A stretch of DNA of 64,000 nucleotides from a candidate division CPR3 bacterium GWF2_35_18 (GCA_001771135.1 MESW01000006.1:4870-68869); one strand, 5' to 3'. Shown: positions 10,018 through 19,336, counted from the first letter of the stretch. The notes: generated by a model not told the origin, from the letters alone. Numbers and translations are program-made.

Positions 10018-11811
10018 TTAACGAAACAGATCGAAACTTTTTAACAACTTTTTATTCCCTTCGATTTGATATTTCAAAAGCTCTGAATAAACTCCTTCTT
10101 TCTTGGCGAGGATAGAAGGATCTCCAGAGTCAACCAATCTTCCCTCATCAATCACTAATATGCGATTCACATTCTGAATCGTAGAGAAACGATGTGCAAT
10201 AATAATTACCAGTTTATCTTTCATGAGATAATTCAAAGCATCCTGAATCTCCTTTTCGCTTTTACTGTCCAGACTGCTGGTGGCTTCGTCAAGAATCAAA
10301 ATCGGCGCGTCATGCAGAATTGCTCGAGCAATCTGAATTCGTTGCTTCTGTCCTCCGGAAAGTCTGACGCCACGCTCCCCAACTTCGGACTCTAATCCGT
10401 GTGGAAGAGCCATGACAAATTCATAAGCATTAGCTTTTTTTAAAGCCTCAATTATTTCCGGCTCCGTTGAATGCCTACCATAAGAAACGTTTTCCCTAAT
10501 CGAAAGCGAAAAAAGCTCACTTTCCTGCATTACAAAAGCGATATTCCGACGAATCTGAGCATGAGAATATTTCGCATATGATTTTTTACCCAGCAAAATC
10601 TCTCCGGAATTTGGTCGATATAGTTTCATCATCAGACTCACGATCGTTGATTTCCCGGCTCCAGAATGACCCACTAAAGCTACCTTCTCTTTATTTTTTA
10701 TTTCGAAGCTGACATCCTCAAGCACTTTTTGTTTATTATCCGAATAAGCAAAACTCACGTTTTTAAAAACAATCGCCGGGGTTTTGACAATATCTTTGCT
10801 TGTCACTTTTACTTCATAATTTTCCTCTGATTTCTGGTCTAGAATTTCAAAGAATTCCTTCGATCCGCTTTCCGCCTGTTGAATGGAAGTCATAATAAAG
10901 CTCATCGCAAAAAGCGGTCGATGCACCATTCCAATAAGCTGAATAATAAGAACCATCTCTCCAATTGAAAGAGTCCCTTTAAAAGCGCTGTAAAAAATAA
11001 TGACAGATACAAGGGTCAAAATAATCTGTAGGGATAAATTACGCAAGAAATCAATAGCGTGAAAGGTGTTGCTTTGTTTCGCATAAAGACCGTCATATTT
11101 ATGTAACCGAGAAGAAACATACTCATACTCATGAGTTTCCGAAAGGAAACTTTTTACAACCTTCATATTGGCAACGACTTCTTGAGCCCGACCGCGAATT
11201 TGATCTTCCAGTTTGTTTTTTTCAGTCTCATATTTTCCCCATTTTTTAGTCGAAAGGCTGGTTAGATAAAGATAAATAGGAAAAAGTAATGCCATAAAAA
11301 TGGCCGTATATATATTGTAATAAGCGAGAATCCCAATGGTAATAATCGTTTGAATAATGGCTGGCAGGATAAAGTTGGATGAAGTATTTAAAAACTGACG
11401 AATCGTGAAAATTCCGCGTCCGAGTTTGCTCAAAACCTGACCGGAAAGTTCATTATCAAAATAGGTTAAAGGTAAACGTAAAATTTTGTCGTAAAATTTA
11501 TTGGTAAGATACAGATACATCTTCCCAGAAACATGATCTCCCATCCGATCGCTGACAGAAGTAAGCAGAGTGGCTAAAAAACTGATCCCAAAAGTCAAAG
11601 CAATTAGAATGACTAGTTTATTCATGTTTCCGCTCTGACTCTGAACCTGCAGCATAATTTCATCAACAATAAATTTTGATAATACCGGAGCTACCTGTTG
11701 CAAAGTTGAAGAAACTAATATTAGAAAAACTAATATTAAAAACACCTTGTGTAACGGTTTGGCAATTTTAATGATTCTTGTAATATTTTTCATATAATAT
11801 GCTATTAACAA
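10018..11811 (-). CDS. ABC exporter, fused permease/ATP-binding (MsbA/MdlB-like)
   Basis: 6 TM helices, Walker A GHSGAGKS, LSGGQKQR, ILDEATSSLD, IAHR. Confidence 0.93.
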   Translation of the reverse strand: MLIAYYMKNITRIIKIAKPLHKVFLILVFLILVSSTLQQVAPVLSKFIVDEIMLQVQSQSGNMNKLVILIALTFGISFLATLLTSVSDRMGDHVSGKMYLYLTNKFYDKILRLPLTYFDNELSGQVLSKLGRGIFTIRQFLNTSSNFILPAIIQTIITIGILAYYNIYTAIFMALLFPIYLYLTSLSTKKWGKYETEKNKLEDQIRGRAQEVVANMKVVKSFLSETHEYEYVSSRLHKYDGLYAKQSNTFHAIDFLRNLSLQIILTLVSVIIFYSAFKGTLSIGEMVLIIQLIGMVHRPLFAMSFIMTSIQQAESGSKEFFEILDQKSEENYEVKVTSKDIVKTPAIVFKNVSFAYSDNKQKVLEDVSFEIKNKEKVALVGHSGAGKSTIVSLMMKLYRPNSGEILLGKKSYAKYSHAQIRRNIAFVMQESELFSLSIRENVSYGRHSTEPEIIEALKKANAYEFVMALPHGLESEVGERGVRLSGGQKQRIQIARAILHDAPILILDEATSSLDSKSEKEIQDALNYLMKDKLVIIIAHRFSTIQNVNRILVIDEGRLVDSGDPSILAKKEGVYSELLKYQIEGNKKLLKSFDLFR

Positions 11812-11933
11812 ATACCTATACAGTATAAGTATCTTAACAAAAAAATGTAAGAAATAAAAGGATTATGACATCATCAAGATATGTCTAAATAAAATAGATG
11901 ATATTCCAATTCCAGGAAATTTCTTCTCAAAGG

Positions 11934-12254
11934 TTATTTTTTAGGGCTATCTAGTTTATCTAGTTTAAGTTTTTTCACCCCAAAATATACAACTAAAGCC
12001 ACCACGATAAAATCAATAATCACGTTAATAAAACTTCCATACATTATTTTTGATTTACCCAAGGCAATATAAGCGCTAGAAAGATCCCCTGCCGCCCCTA
12101 AGGCTAAACCCAAAATAGGATTAATAATATCATTAACAAATGAGGAGACGACCTTTGAAACTGCTCCTCCAAGGATAAACGCAATGGCGAAACCAAAAAC
12201 TCCTTGTTCACGGATAAAAGTTAAAAAGTTTTTCAATTTTTTCACCCCCTTCAA
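11934..12254 (-). CDS. mscL: Large-conductance mechanosensitive channel
   Basis: A.AFILGGA..KVVSSFVNDIINP, YGSFIN.IIDF. Confidence 0.88.
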   Translation of the reverse strand: MKGVKKLKNFLTFIREQGVFGFAIAFILGGAVSKVVSSFVNDIINPILGLALGAAGDLSSAYIALGKSKIMYGSFINVIIDFIVVALVVYFGVKKLKLDKLDSPKK

Positions 12255-12255
12255 A

Positions 12256-12945
12256 TTATTTTTGCAATCTATTTTGAATCGTTTTACTATCTAACTCTCG
12301 AATTGTATCTGATGCCACCCACTTAGCAGCTTTGGAATCGATCTTTTGAATCTCTTTGGCCAGGTTGATCGCTTCTTTATTTAGATTAATATTTCTTTTC
12401 CCGATATTTCGCAACGCCCAATTTACCGCTTTTTTCACAAAATTCCGCTCATCAGTCGCTCCAGATTTTATGATTGGAAAGAGTTTGATAAAAAATTCGT
12501 CAGAAGCATTTTTATCATGCCAAGCAAGACAAGCAATTAACGCATAAGACATTCTTTTGGTAAATTCGATATCTGACTTGCTCCACTCTACTATTTTCTT
12601 TGATACAAAGGGTAGCTTCTCAAAAAGATTCATCGCTGTCTGATCACAGAGATCCCAAAAGGCAATGTCTTTCACCCAAGCATCTGCCTGTTTTTCTGTA
12701 ACTTCAAGAGGAACTCCAATCATTGAAGCAACAATCATTGCTTCGGGAATTCCGGTTTTCCAAAGCTCTAAAGAAAGTTTCTGGTCTTTTCCAATTTCTT
12801 TGGCTAATCTGCGCATGTCGGGCACGGCAACTCCTAATCTTTTGTCTCCACCGATGGCAAATTTTGCCATTCCAATCAAGTTTTCGGGCTTCGCTTTGGA
12901 TTTTAACTTTTTTAGAATTTCATCTAAATTATATTGTTTATTCAC
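12256..12945 (-). CDS. DNA alkylation repair protein (AlkD-like HEAT fold)
   Basis: GV.VP.MR.LAK, WDLCD, DERNFVKKAVNWALRNIGKR. Confidence 0.88.
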   Translation of the reverse strand: MNKQYNLDEILKKLKSKAKPENLIGMAKFAIGGDKRLGVAVPDMRRLAKEIGKDQKLSLELWKTGIPEAMIVASMIGVPLEVTEKQADAWVKDIAFWDLCDQTAMNLFEKLPFVSKKIVEWSKSDIEFTKRMSYALIACLAWHDKNASDEFFIKLFPIIKSGATDERNFVKKAVNWALRNIGKRNINLNKEAINLAKEIQKIDSKAAKWVASDTIRELDSKTIQNRLQK

Positions 12946-13010
12946 CTTACCTCCTTTAGTTCAGTTAAATTATACGTTAACTAAAATTAAAAACATATAT
13001 TCATAGATAA

Positions 13011-14021
13011 ATGTATAATATAGTCATGAATAACCGGATCTTCTTGGGAACTTCATTTTCTCCTGAACAAGCTGAAAGTATTGGATGTAATAAACCCATT
13101 CAGCTACTTAAAATTATTCTCAAAGATCTTGGAATAAAAGAAATCCGGCTTGGGCTAAGATGGAATCAGATTGATCATGGAGATAAAAAGATATCGATTG
13201 TTTACTACAAACCCTATCTTAATTATTTAATCCAAAATGACTGCCCAATTTGTTTAAATATCGGACCGATAAAAACATTCCGTTGGCCGGAAGAACATCT
13301 TCCAGAATATCTACAAAAATATGCATCTAAAAAAATAGATGTAAAATCTGAATTGTCTCAAAGAGCTTACGACTATCTGCATCAACTTTTAGATCAATTA
13401 AGTAAAGAGTATCCTTATAAACTTCAAAATATTACCTTCCAACTTGATAACGAAGCTTTTAATAAATTCGGACAGTTTAAAATGGAAATTTCTGAAAATC
13501 ATGTGCTCAAAACAATTGAAATACTACACAATCATTTTCCTCAAGCAAAATTAATGTTAAATAGCGCCGGAAGAATGGACCTAAATCAGATTGTCAAAAT
13601 CTTTCAACAATTAATCAAAATACAATTATATAAACCACAATATCTTACGGCTGGATTCAATTATTATTTTAAAATTCCCCAGACTCTTCCCTTTTTTAAG
13701 ATCCTTAATCCTCTTAAAATTTCTTATCCGTTTAACATGACTATTTCATCTTTTCAAAAGAACCAACAAAAGATTGGTTTTGAGCTGGAAGTTTCTGAAG
13801 GACAATTTGAACCCTGGGGAATACAAACTTCTCCTGGAAATTCGTTTCCCGATTTCGAATATATGATTCAAAAAAGTACTGAAATCTTTCCAATAAATTA
13901 TCCGCATAAATTAATTCGCCTTTGGGGAACAGAGCTATTTGCATGGAAGTTTTTAAATAAAACAGATACTGAAGAACATCAAAAAATATTGGAAGAGATC
14001 AGAAAGATAAATCGTAATTAA
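13011..14021 (+). CDS. Glycoside hydrolase clan-A-like TIM-barrel protein
   Basis: GTSFS, IRL...W..I, K..RWPE.H.P, QLDNE (acid/base), SE.QFEPW (nucleophile), LWG.E. Confidence 0.6.
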   Translation: MYNIVMNNRIFLGTSFSPEQAESIGCNKPIQLLKIILKDLGIKEIRLGLRWNQIDHGDKKISIVYYKPYLNYLIQNDCPICLNIGPIKTFRWPEEHLPEYLQKYASKKIDVKSELSQRAYDYLHQLLDQLSKEYPYKLQNITFQLDNEAFNKFGQFKMEISENHVLKTIEILHNHFPQAKLMLNSAGRMDLNQIVKIFQQLIKIQLYKPQYLTAGFNYYFKIPQTLPFFKILNPLKISYPFNMTISSFQKNQQKIGFELEVSEGQFEPWGIQTSPGNSFPDFEYMIQKSTEIFPINYPHKLIRLWGTELFAWKFLNKTDTEEHQKILEEIRKINRN

Positions 14022-14478
14022 TACTTCATCATAAGCTCTATTAAATGTTGATACTGCCACTCTCGTTCTTTAACTACAGCATCATCGGAATTTGTGGCTC
14101 GACAAATTGCCTGTTGAGCATAAATTGCAGCACCAAGAGCAGTGTCTTCACATGAGCGGTTGCCACCGCTTGACCAGCAGATCGAGCTGATGATCTCGCT
14201 GGATTATCTTCTCCGACATCACGAGCCGCTGCGTGAGAATCAAGTGAGGCTTTACGAATCACCGCCATTTTAAATACCCCTATATCAATCCATGCTTAAA
14301 GGGTCTTAATAGCTTGTCGAGGACGATGATCTTTGAGAAATTTTTTCTCAAAGTAAGGCAAAACCCGATCTACACAATCTCTTACCCAAACGGCTAAAGT
14401 TTTATGATCAGTTTTAGAAACAAGTTCTACTATTCTCTCTCCTTTGTAGTATGTAAGTGAAAATTCGGATTTTTTCAT
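14018..14478 (-). pseudogene. Imm5-like putative immunity protein, disrupted
   Basis: ORFs 14296..14478 and 14074..14268 share a frame across an internal TAA (..AIKTL*AWIDIGVFKMAVIR..). A 1-nt shift after TAHVKT restores ALGAAIYAQQA..EREWQYQHL to a stop at 14018. Confidence 0.75.
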
Positions 14479-14482
14479 ATTC

Positions 14483-14571
14483 TGGCGGAGAGGGCGGGAT
14501 TCGAACCCGCGAAGGTGTGACCCTTACGCGCTTTCCAAGCGCGCGCACTAGACCAACTATGCGACCTCTCC
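14483..14571 (-). tRNA. tRNA-Ser(GGA)
   Basis: GGAGAGGTCGCATAG..TT-GGA-AA, long variable arm, GGTTCGAATCC..GCCA. Confidence 0.95.
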
Positions 14572-14634
14572 AGAAACTGTCATATTTTAACACATCTTCG
14601 ATTTTGTTCCCAGATATTCTTTTTTGGGAAAACT

Positions 14635-14706
14635 TGCCCTTGGCGGGAATCGAACCCACATCACCGGCTTCGGAGGCCAGCACTCTATCCTTTAAGCTAC
14701 AAGGGC
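14635..14706 (-). tRNA. tRNA-Arg(CCG)
   Basis: GCCCTTGTAGCTTAAAGGATAGAG..CT-CCG-AA..GGTTCGATTCC..AAGGGCA; CCA not encoded. Confidence 0.93.
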
Positions 14707-14722
14707 TTATAATTTTATAATC

Positions 14723-17700
14723 TTAAAGCAATAAATTGTTTGAAGGCATAAATCCTCTGAAACCACTTCCACCAACACCTCCCGACGATATATTTCGAAT
14801 CATCTTTGACCGATGAATGATTAATCTTATAACATCCTCAATTAATTTATCAGCGTATGCTTCCTCTTTCTGCTTCCTTTCTAGATTTTCTTCTCCCTTC
14901 ATTACTGAGTCATGAATGGCGTCCCATAAACGGTCTTCATTTGTTTTTAATCCCTGTTCAATACTATCCCCCAAATCAATTCCGTATTCTGCAGCAGAAG
15001 CTCGAAGATCTTCTTCTAGCCTCTGAATCTCCTCATCTTCAATCTGATAATCATATTGAATCGAGCGTAGCTTTTCACTAAAATTCATAACCGAAAAAGC
15101 ATCTTGCAACTTCTCGGAATCTCTTTGCAATTCAGTAAGTTGCATCTGATTTTCTTCTGAAGGACTTCCCTCATAACGATGCTGCATATCTGCAACTTTG
15201 ATTTCTAAATTACTTTTATGAGTATTTTTGATTGTATCTAATTTTGTATTAACTTCAATCCAATAACGCCGTAAGTTGTCAAAATCTTCAGGTAAATCAA
15301 CGTTATTAACAAGATCTTGTTCTTTTAACAAACTAAAAGCCTCCAATATCCCTTTCATCCCTAACCCAGATAAGGCTTTTCCCGAATAAGGAAGAATTGA
15401 TTCAAATTTTTTCATCTCTAGCTCCCTCTGCCCGTCCGGAAGCTGTTGAATTCTATCCCACGCAGTAACGACACTCGTCAATCTAGAAACCTCCTTTTGG
15501 TTTTCTAGCTGAGCATCCGCAATCTGATTTATTAATCTTGCTAAAACAGCTGCATGGAAATTAGGATCATAATTTTCATGTCCTACAATTAATCTTTCCT
15601 GATCTCCTACACTAAAGTGTTTTTCAGCAAGTAGTCGATCTAGAACTTCTTGGGCAACGGTTGTATCTGAAATTCCAAAATCAATTCTTAGAAGCTGGGG
15701 TTCATAATCAACGCCACTATTTTCCATCATAATCCTGCCACAAGAGCTCCTCAAATCTGCAATTGCCTGTTCAAAAACTTCCTTTGCACTCATTTTTGTC
15801 CCATCATAGGCTGTGATCTCTCCTTCTTCAAACATAATGACAAATTCATCTCCTCCGTAACGATAAGCTTTTGCTTTCAATCCGAACTCGTTATTCAACA
15901 TTTCGGCAACATACTCAAAAATAACAGCAGCTTCGCTGATAGCTTTATCTCCCAATGCTCTTCCCCCAACTCGGTTGAAATATTTCAAAAATCCCAGATC
16001 AACAAAGGCTAGGTTTAAATTCTGTCCTTTTTCCAAAGATTCACGAATCCAAGCTCGATCATCTTTTAAATACTCTTCTCTAGTGGGAAGCCCCGTCAAA
16101 TCATCAAAACGATAATCAAAAAGCTCCATTTTACAACGAATAACTTCCGAAAGTGACGCCAGAACTCTCAACTCTACATCACTAATGCTACCGCTTTTTA
16201 CCTTCTCTAACACTGCCAAAATTTGATCATGGTATTCTGGATTATCAAATAATTTACATTCATTTCTAAAACCTTGTTCTAATAAAGTCGCATGATCCCG
16301 AACTTGATAAACACCGTTTCTAAAGATTGTGACTGGTTTTTCAAAATGAACTTCCGCAGATTTATGAGGGTAATCAAAGTCGAGAAGATTTTCAATTGTT
16401 TCTATTGCCTGAGGATCGGTAATGGATCTACTTTCAAGTATTTCACTAAGAACGGCTTGAGCAATTCCGACTTTTTCCTTTAAAGAACTCAAATACTCTT
16501 TCCTTTGGGTTTGAGTATCAGACTCTGTTAAAGATGATCCTTCTGTCCAACCTTTAAAAATCGGAACTCTCTCTGATTGATAAATATTTCTTAAATAATC
16601 TGCAAAAGGTCCGTTGGTAGTCCTGCTATATTCTTCGTTCCCAAACTTCAGAGCTCCTTGATACACAATCATAGCCGTAACAATCTGATCTTCCACACAC
16701 TCTAATTCCACTGAGTCAAAAAATCTTTTAGCAACAGCTTTAAAGGCATGTTCTTTTAGAATTTCTGGATCAAAAGTTCCGTCTGCGATTAATGAATTGA
16801 ACGAATCGAAATCTTTAAAAGGCGAATCTTCTAACCCTCCGAATTCGTTTTTGACATAATTTTCATAATATTGACGTGCGGCTTCTGTTTCTTTGATAAG
16901 AGACATTCTTGCAGCCATTTTAGTCGCAATATTATTAAGTTTGTCTACTTCTTTTACAAAATCAACCGTTCCCAGCATTAATCTCTTTACCACAATTTCT
17001 GACTCCTGTTCACTAATAGTAGAAATTCCCTGAACTAATTCTCCAATCTCTCCTTGCAATTCAGGATCATTTTTCATTTGGGAAAGCTTCTCCTGAAGTT
17101 CATTAAACATCCTTATTCCATCTTGAAGGGTCACTTCCGCCCTACTTAGCGATGTAGCTGAAGACATATTTCCCGGAAGTCCTTCGCCGGCAATTTTTAG
17201 TCCGTCAATATCTGTGAGCACATCTTCAATGTCACCGATAAATAGCTCTTTATGTGTCGTATCAACTGCAATCATAAAATCAGCCCCTCTAATATGGTAT
17301 ACCCCAAAAGGCAGATTTTCTGGATCACGAGGAACGTCTTCAGCTAGAATAGATTCGACGAAAGAATTTAAGGAAGTTACGGTTTGCGTCATCACCGCAT
17401 CACCAATTGTATGACCACCTTCCTTATTAACAATCTGTAAATCATCAATGGTGACAGCGATAAAATGAAGATTCCGATCTTGAGAATGAATTGTTAGTTT
17501 TCCCTCAGCATCCATTAGGGGTAAACTACTTTCATTTGACAAATTGGTTCTTCTTACATCAAGAGTTTTCTTTAAATAACGGTATAAAACACCTTTTTTT
17601 AAAGCTCCGGTGTCATCATTTTTATCCCTTCTTAACTCATAAAGAACTCCTCCCACATCAGAATCTCCTAGATATGCTTCTAAAAATTCTGCAGTTTGAG

Positions 17701-17743
17701 TAGGATCGTAATGGCTAATTTCCGAAGAAGTCCTTCTTTGCAT
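14723..17743 (-). CDS. Large soluble protein with two GGDEF domains (first degenerate, second intact); putative diguanylate cyclase
   Basis: Domain 1 IDDLQIVN..GGH..GD..RGADF; domain 2 DDLTGLPTR..VDLGFLKYFN..GG...GD..AYRYGGDEF..FGIS; C-terminal coiled coil. Confidence 0.8.
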   Translation of the reverse strand: MQRRTSSEISHYDPTQTAEFLEAYLGDSDVGGVLYELRRDKNDDTGALKKGVLYRYLKKTLDVRRTNLSNESSLPLMDAEGKLTIHSQDRNLHFIAVTIDDLQIVNKEGGHTIGDAVMTQTVTSLNSFVESILAEDVPRDPENLPFGVYHIRGADFMIAVDTTHKELFIGDIEDVLTDIDGLKIAGEGLPGNMSSATSLSRAEVTLQDGIRMFNELQEKLSQMKNDPELQGEIGELVQGISTISEQESEIVVKRLMLGTVDFVKEVDKLNNIATKMAARMSLIKETEAARQYYENYVKNEFGGLEDSPFKDFDSFNSLIADGTFDPEILKEHAFKAVAKRFFDSVELECVEDQIVTAMIVYQGALKFGNEEYSRTTNGPFADYLRNIYQSERVPIFKGWTEGSSLTESDTQTQRKEYLSSLKEKVGIAQAVLSEILESRSITDPQAIETIENLLDFDYPHKSAEVHFEKPVTIFRNGVYQVRDHATLLEQGFRNECKLFDNPEYHDQILAVLEKVKSGSISDVELRVLASLSEVIRCKMELFDYRFDDLTGLPTREEYLKDDRAWIRESLEKGQNLNLAFVDLGFLKYFNRVGGRALGDKAISEAAVIFEYVAEMLNNEFGLKAKAYRYGGDEFVIMFEEGEITAYDGTKMSAKEVFEQAIADLRSSCGRIMMENSGVDYEPQLLRIDFGISDTTVAQEVLDRLLAEKHFSVGDQERLIVGHENYDPNFHAAVLARLINQIADAQLENQKEVSRLTSVVTAWDRIQQLPDGQRELEMKKFESILPYSGKALSGLGMKGILEAFSLLKEQDLVNNVDLPEDFDNLRRYWIEVNTKLDTIKNTHKSNLEIKVADMQHRYEGSPSEENQMQLTELQRDSEKLQDAFSVMNFSEKLRSIQYDYQIEDEEIQRLEEDLRASAAEYGIDLGDSIEQGLKTNEDRLWDAIHDSVMKGEENLERKQKEEAYADKLIEDVIRLIIHRSKMIRNISSGGVGGSGFRGFMPSNNLLL

Positions 17744-17780
17744 AAGCTAATATTAACACAAAAAAACTAGGATAGTAATT

Positions 17781-18020
17781 TCTAACGAGAGTGTAGGATT
17801 TCCTTATTGTACTGAGGATAAACGAACAAAATCCTTCGAATGATTCTCATCCACAACATATCAATTAGAAAAATGACAACAAGAATGCTGTCATTCTTTC
17901 TACGGAGGGGGTGGGAACCATTACAAAATTTCCTCAAAGAAAATTTTCCGAACCCTTAACCAATTTCTTATCAGTCACCATCTACAGAGATTTGTTCTGT
18001 AAAAATTCAGAACAAATCTC
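17781..18020 (-). repeat. Two degenerate tRNA-3'-end repeat units, each with a hairpin, downstream of tRNA-Ser(CGA)
   Basis: CGGAGGGGGTGGGA at 17903 copies the tRNA end and a more decayed copy lies at about 17785. Hairpins CAGAGATTTGTTCTG/CAGAACAAATCTCTG and AGAAAAATGACA/TGTCATTCTTTCT. Confidence 0.65.
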
Positions 18021-18112
18021 TGGCGGAGGGGGTGGGATTCGAACCCACGATAGCCCAAAGGACCATATCGCTTTTCGAGAGCGACGCCTTCAACCAACTC
18101 AGCCACCCCTCC
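18021..18112 (-). tRNA. tRNA-Ser(CGA)
   Basis: GGAGGGGTGGCTGAG..CT-CGA-AA, long variable arm, GGTTCGAATCCCACCCCCTCCGCCA. Confidence 0.95.
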
Positions 18113-18178
18113 AGAAATATTAAGAGTTACAATTTGTTATTCTAACACGTTTAACAGGAAATTTGGATATTAAGGATA

Positions 18179-18255
18179 TGGTGCGCCCGGCAGGATTTGA
18201 ACCTGCAACCCCCAGCTCCGCAAGCTAGTGCTCTATCCAGTTGAGCTACGAGCGC
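18179..18255 (-). tRNA. tRNA-Arg(GCG)
   Basis: GCGCTCGTAGCTCAACTGGATAGAGC CTAGC-TT GCG GA-GCTGG..GGTTCAAATCC..GCGCACCA. Confidence 0.92.
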
Positions 18256-18296
18256 ATAAAAAAACCTCAGTTTCGGATTGATATGTTCGGCAAGCT

Positions 18297-18324
18297 ATTA
18301 TACCTGAATTAATTTACTTTGCAA
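18297..18324 (-). promoter_or_regulatory. Sigma-70 promoter of tRNA-Arg(GCG)
   Basis: Minus strand TTGCAA-16nt-TATAAT about 40 nt upstream of the tRNA. Confidence 0.55.
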
Positions 18325-18353
18325 AAAATGAGTTAAAAGAATAATCAGAAACA

Positions 18354-18962
18354 TTACTTCTTATGTGGTTTTAAGGCGTTAACCTTCTTGGAAAAGTCTT
18401 TCAAATTAGGTTCAACTGTCAAAGTCTGCTCCGGTTTTTTTACGAATTTCTTAGTCAATTTATGGGGTATTTTTTCGGAAAACTTATTCACAAATCCATC
18501 TAAAACTGCCAGATAATCCGTCCTTTTATTTTCAATATAAGGTAGTCTTTCTAAAAGAAAATCAGTAATATCCTGCTCTTTACCGTTTTCTAAATATATT
18601 GATAACTCATTGGGAAATGAAAGATTAGTTTTTAAAAATAAAACATTTTCCTCTGGATCAATAAAAAAAGAGTTTAAATCATCCCAAAGATAGATTTTGC
18701 TTCCAAACTGAACACCATTGGTATGAATAGAATAATTAGCCAGTGGTGGTTTGACTGCAGAAATTATAAAAAATAAAAAAGCGAGGGAAACAACAAGTAG
18801 TCCAAAAAGTAACTCATTAACTAATACAAGCAGTAGAAAAACAATAGCCGTAATTACAAATAGTCCAAAAAACCATAATTTACTCTTTGGCTGAAATCTT
18901 CTTGTGGGAGCAGTCCAGGATATTAAGATTTGGGGAATTTCAAATCGAGTATGGGCAGGCAT
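18354..18962 (-). CDS. Conserved CPR-type membrane protein (2 TM plus PH-like domain, DUF5673-like)
   Basis: LISWTAP.R.F..K...WF, two TM helices, Y.I...G......Y.W..L.SF. Confidence 0.55.
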   Translation of the reverse strand: MPAHTRFEIPQILISWTAPTRRFQPKSKLWFFGLFVITAIVFLLLVLVNELLFGLLVVSLAFLFFIISAVKPPLANYSIHTNGVQFGSKIYLWDDLNSFFIDPEENVLFLKTNLSFPNELSIYLENGKEQDITDFLLERLPYIENKRTDYLAVLDGFVNKFSEKIPHKLTKKFVKKPEQTLTVEPNLKDFSKKVNALKPHKK

Positions 18963-19042
18963 AAAAGGCTCCTTTGTTTTACGTAGCTAACAATATATCT
19001 TTCTTTTTTCATTCTATCACAACTAACATCTGAATATGCAAA

Positions 19043-19246
19043 TCTGGCGGAGAGGCGTCCTTAATTAAAACTTCGGTATGCTAAAGCAGGGATTTACTTC
19101 GTTAACAAAAATTATTTTGTAACACTCAGTATCTTGATTTTGTATCTGTTCATTAAATTCACAGACAAAATCTAAGTCGAACCGTCGGTTCTTATCGATT
19201 CCTTAGCCAGAGACAAAAACATCCAAAGGATGTTCTTGTCTCTGGC
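19043..19246 (-). repeat. Interrupted duplicate of the tRNA-Ser(GCT) 3' end with nested palindromes
   Basis: TCTGGCGGAGAGGC [insert] AGGGATT [palindromic insert] CGAACC..GGTTCTTATC, then hairpin GCCAGAGACAA..CATCC-AAA-GGATG..TTGTCTCTGGC abutting the tRNA. Confidence 0.7.
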
Positions 19247-19336
19247 GGAGAGGCAGGGATTCGAACCCTGGATACCAGTTTTAACCAGTATAACGGTTTA
19301 GCAAACCGCCGCTTTCGGCCACTCAGCCACCTCTCC
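19243..19336 (-). tRNA. tRNA-Ser(GCT)
   Basis: GGAGAGGTGGCTGAGTGG..TT-GCT-AA, long variable arm, GGTTCGAATCCC..GCCA. Confidence 0.95.

Noticed and set aside
11812-11832. Short palindrome ATACCTATAC-A-GTATAAGTAT resembling the TATAC element
   Set aside because: Too short and AT-rich to separate from chance or a simple operator.
14296-14298. Stop-codon readthrough or alternative genetic code in the Imm5-like gene
   Set aside because: The stop is TAA and a second lesion (frameshift) is present. TGA acts as a normal stop elsewhere (e.g. 5656), so code 25 is not supported.
14414-14720. ORFs 14414..14683 and 14457..14720
   Set aside because: They overlap tRNA-Ser(GGA) and tRNA-Arg(CCG) and are translations of tRNA sequence.
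14723-17743. Cas10-like double-Palm protein or type III CRISPR
   Set aside because: The motif is GGDEF, not GGDD; there is no HD domain, cas gene or array.
17911-18123. 70-aa ORF
   Set aside because: Antisense to tRNA-Ser(CGA) and its repeat unit.
17781-19246. CRISPR array
   Set aside because: The repeats are degenerate tRNA-end copies with irregular spacing. No regularly spaced identical repeats were seen anywhere in the window.
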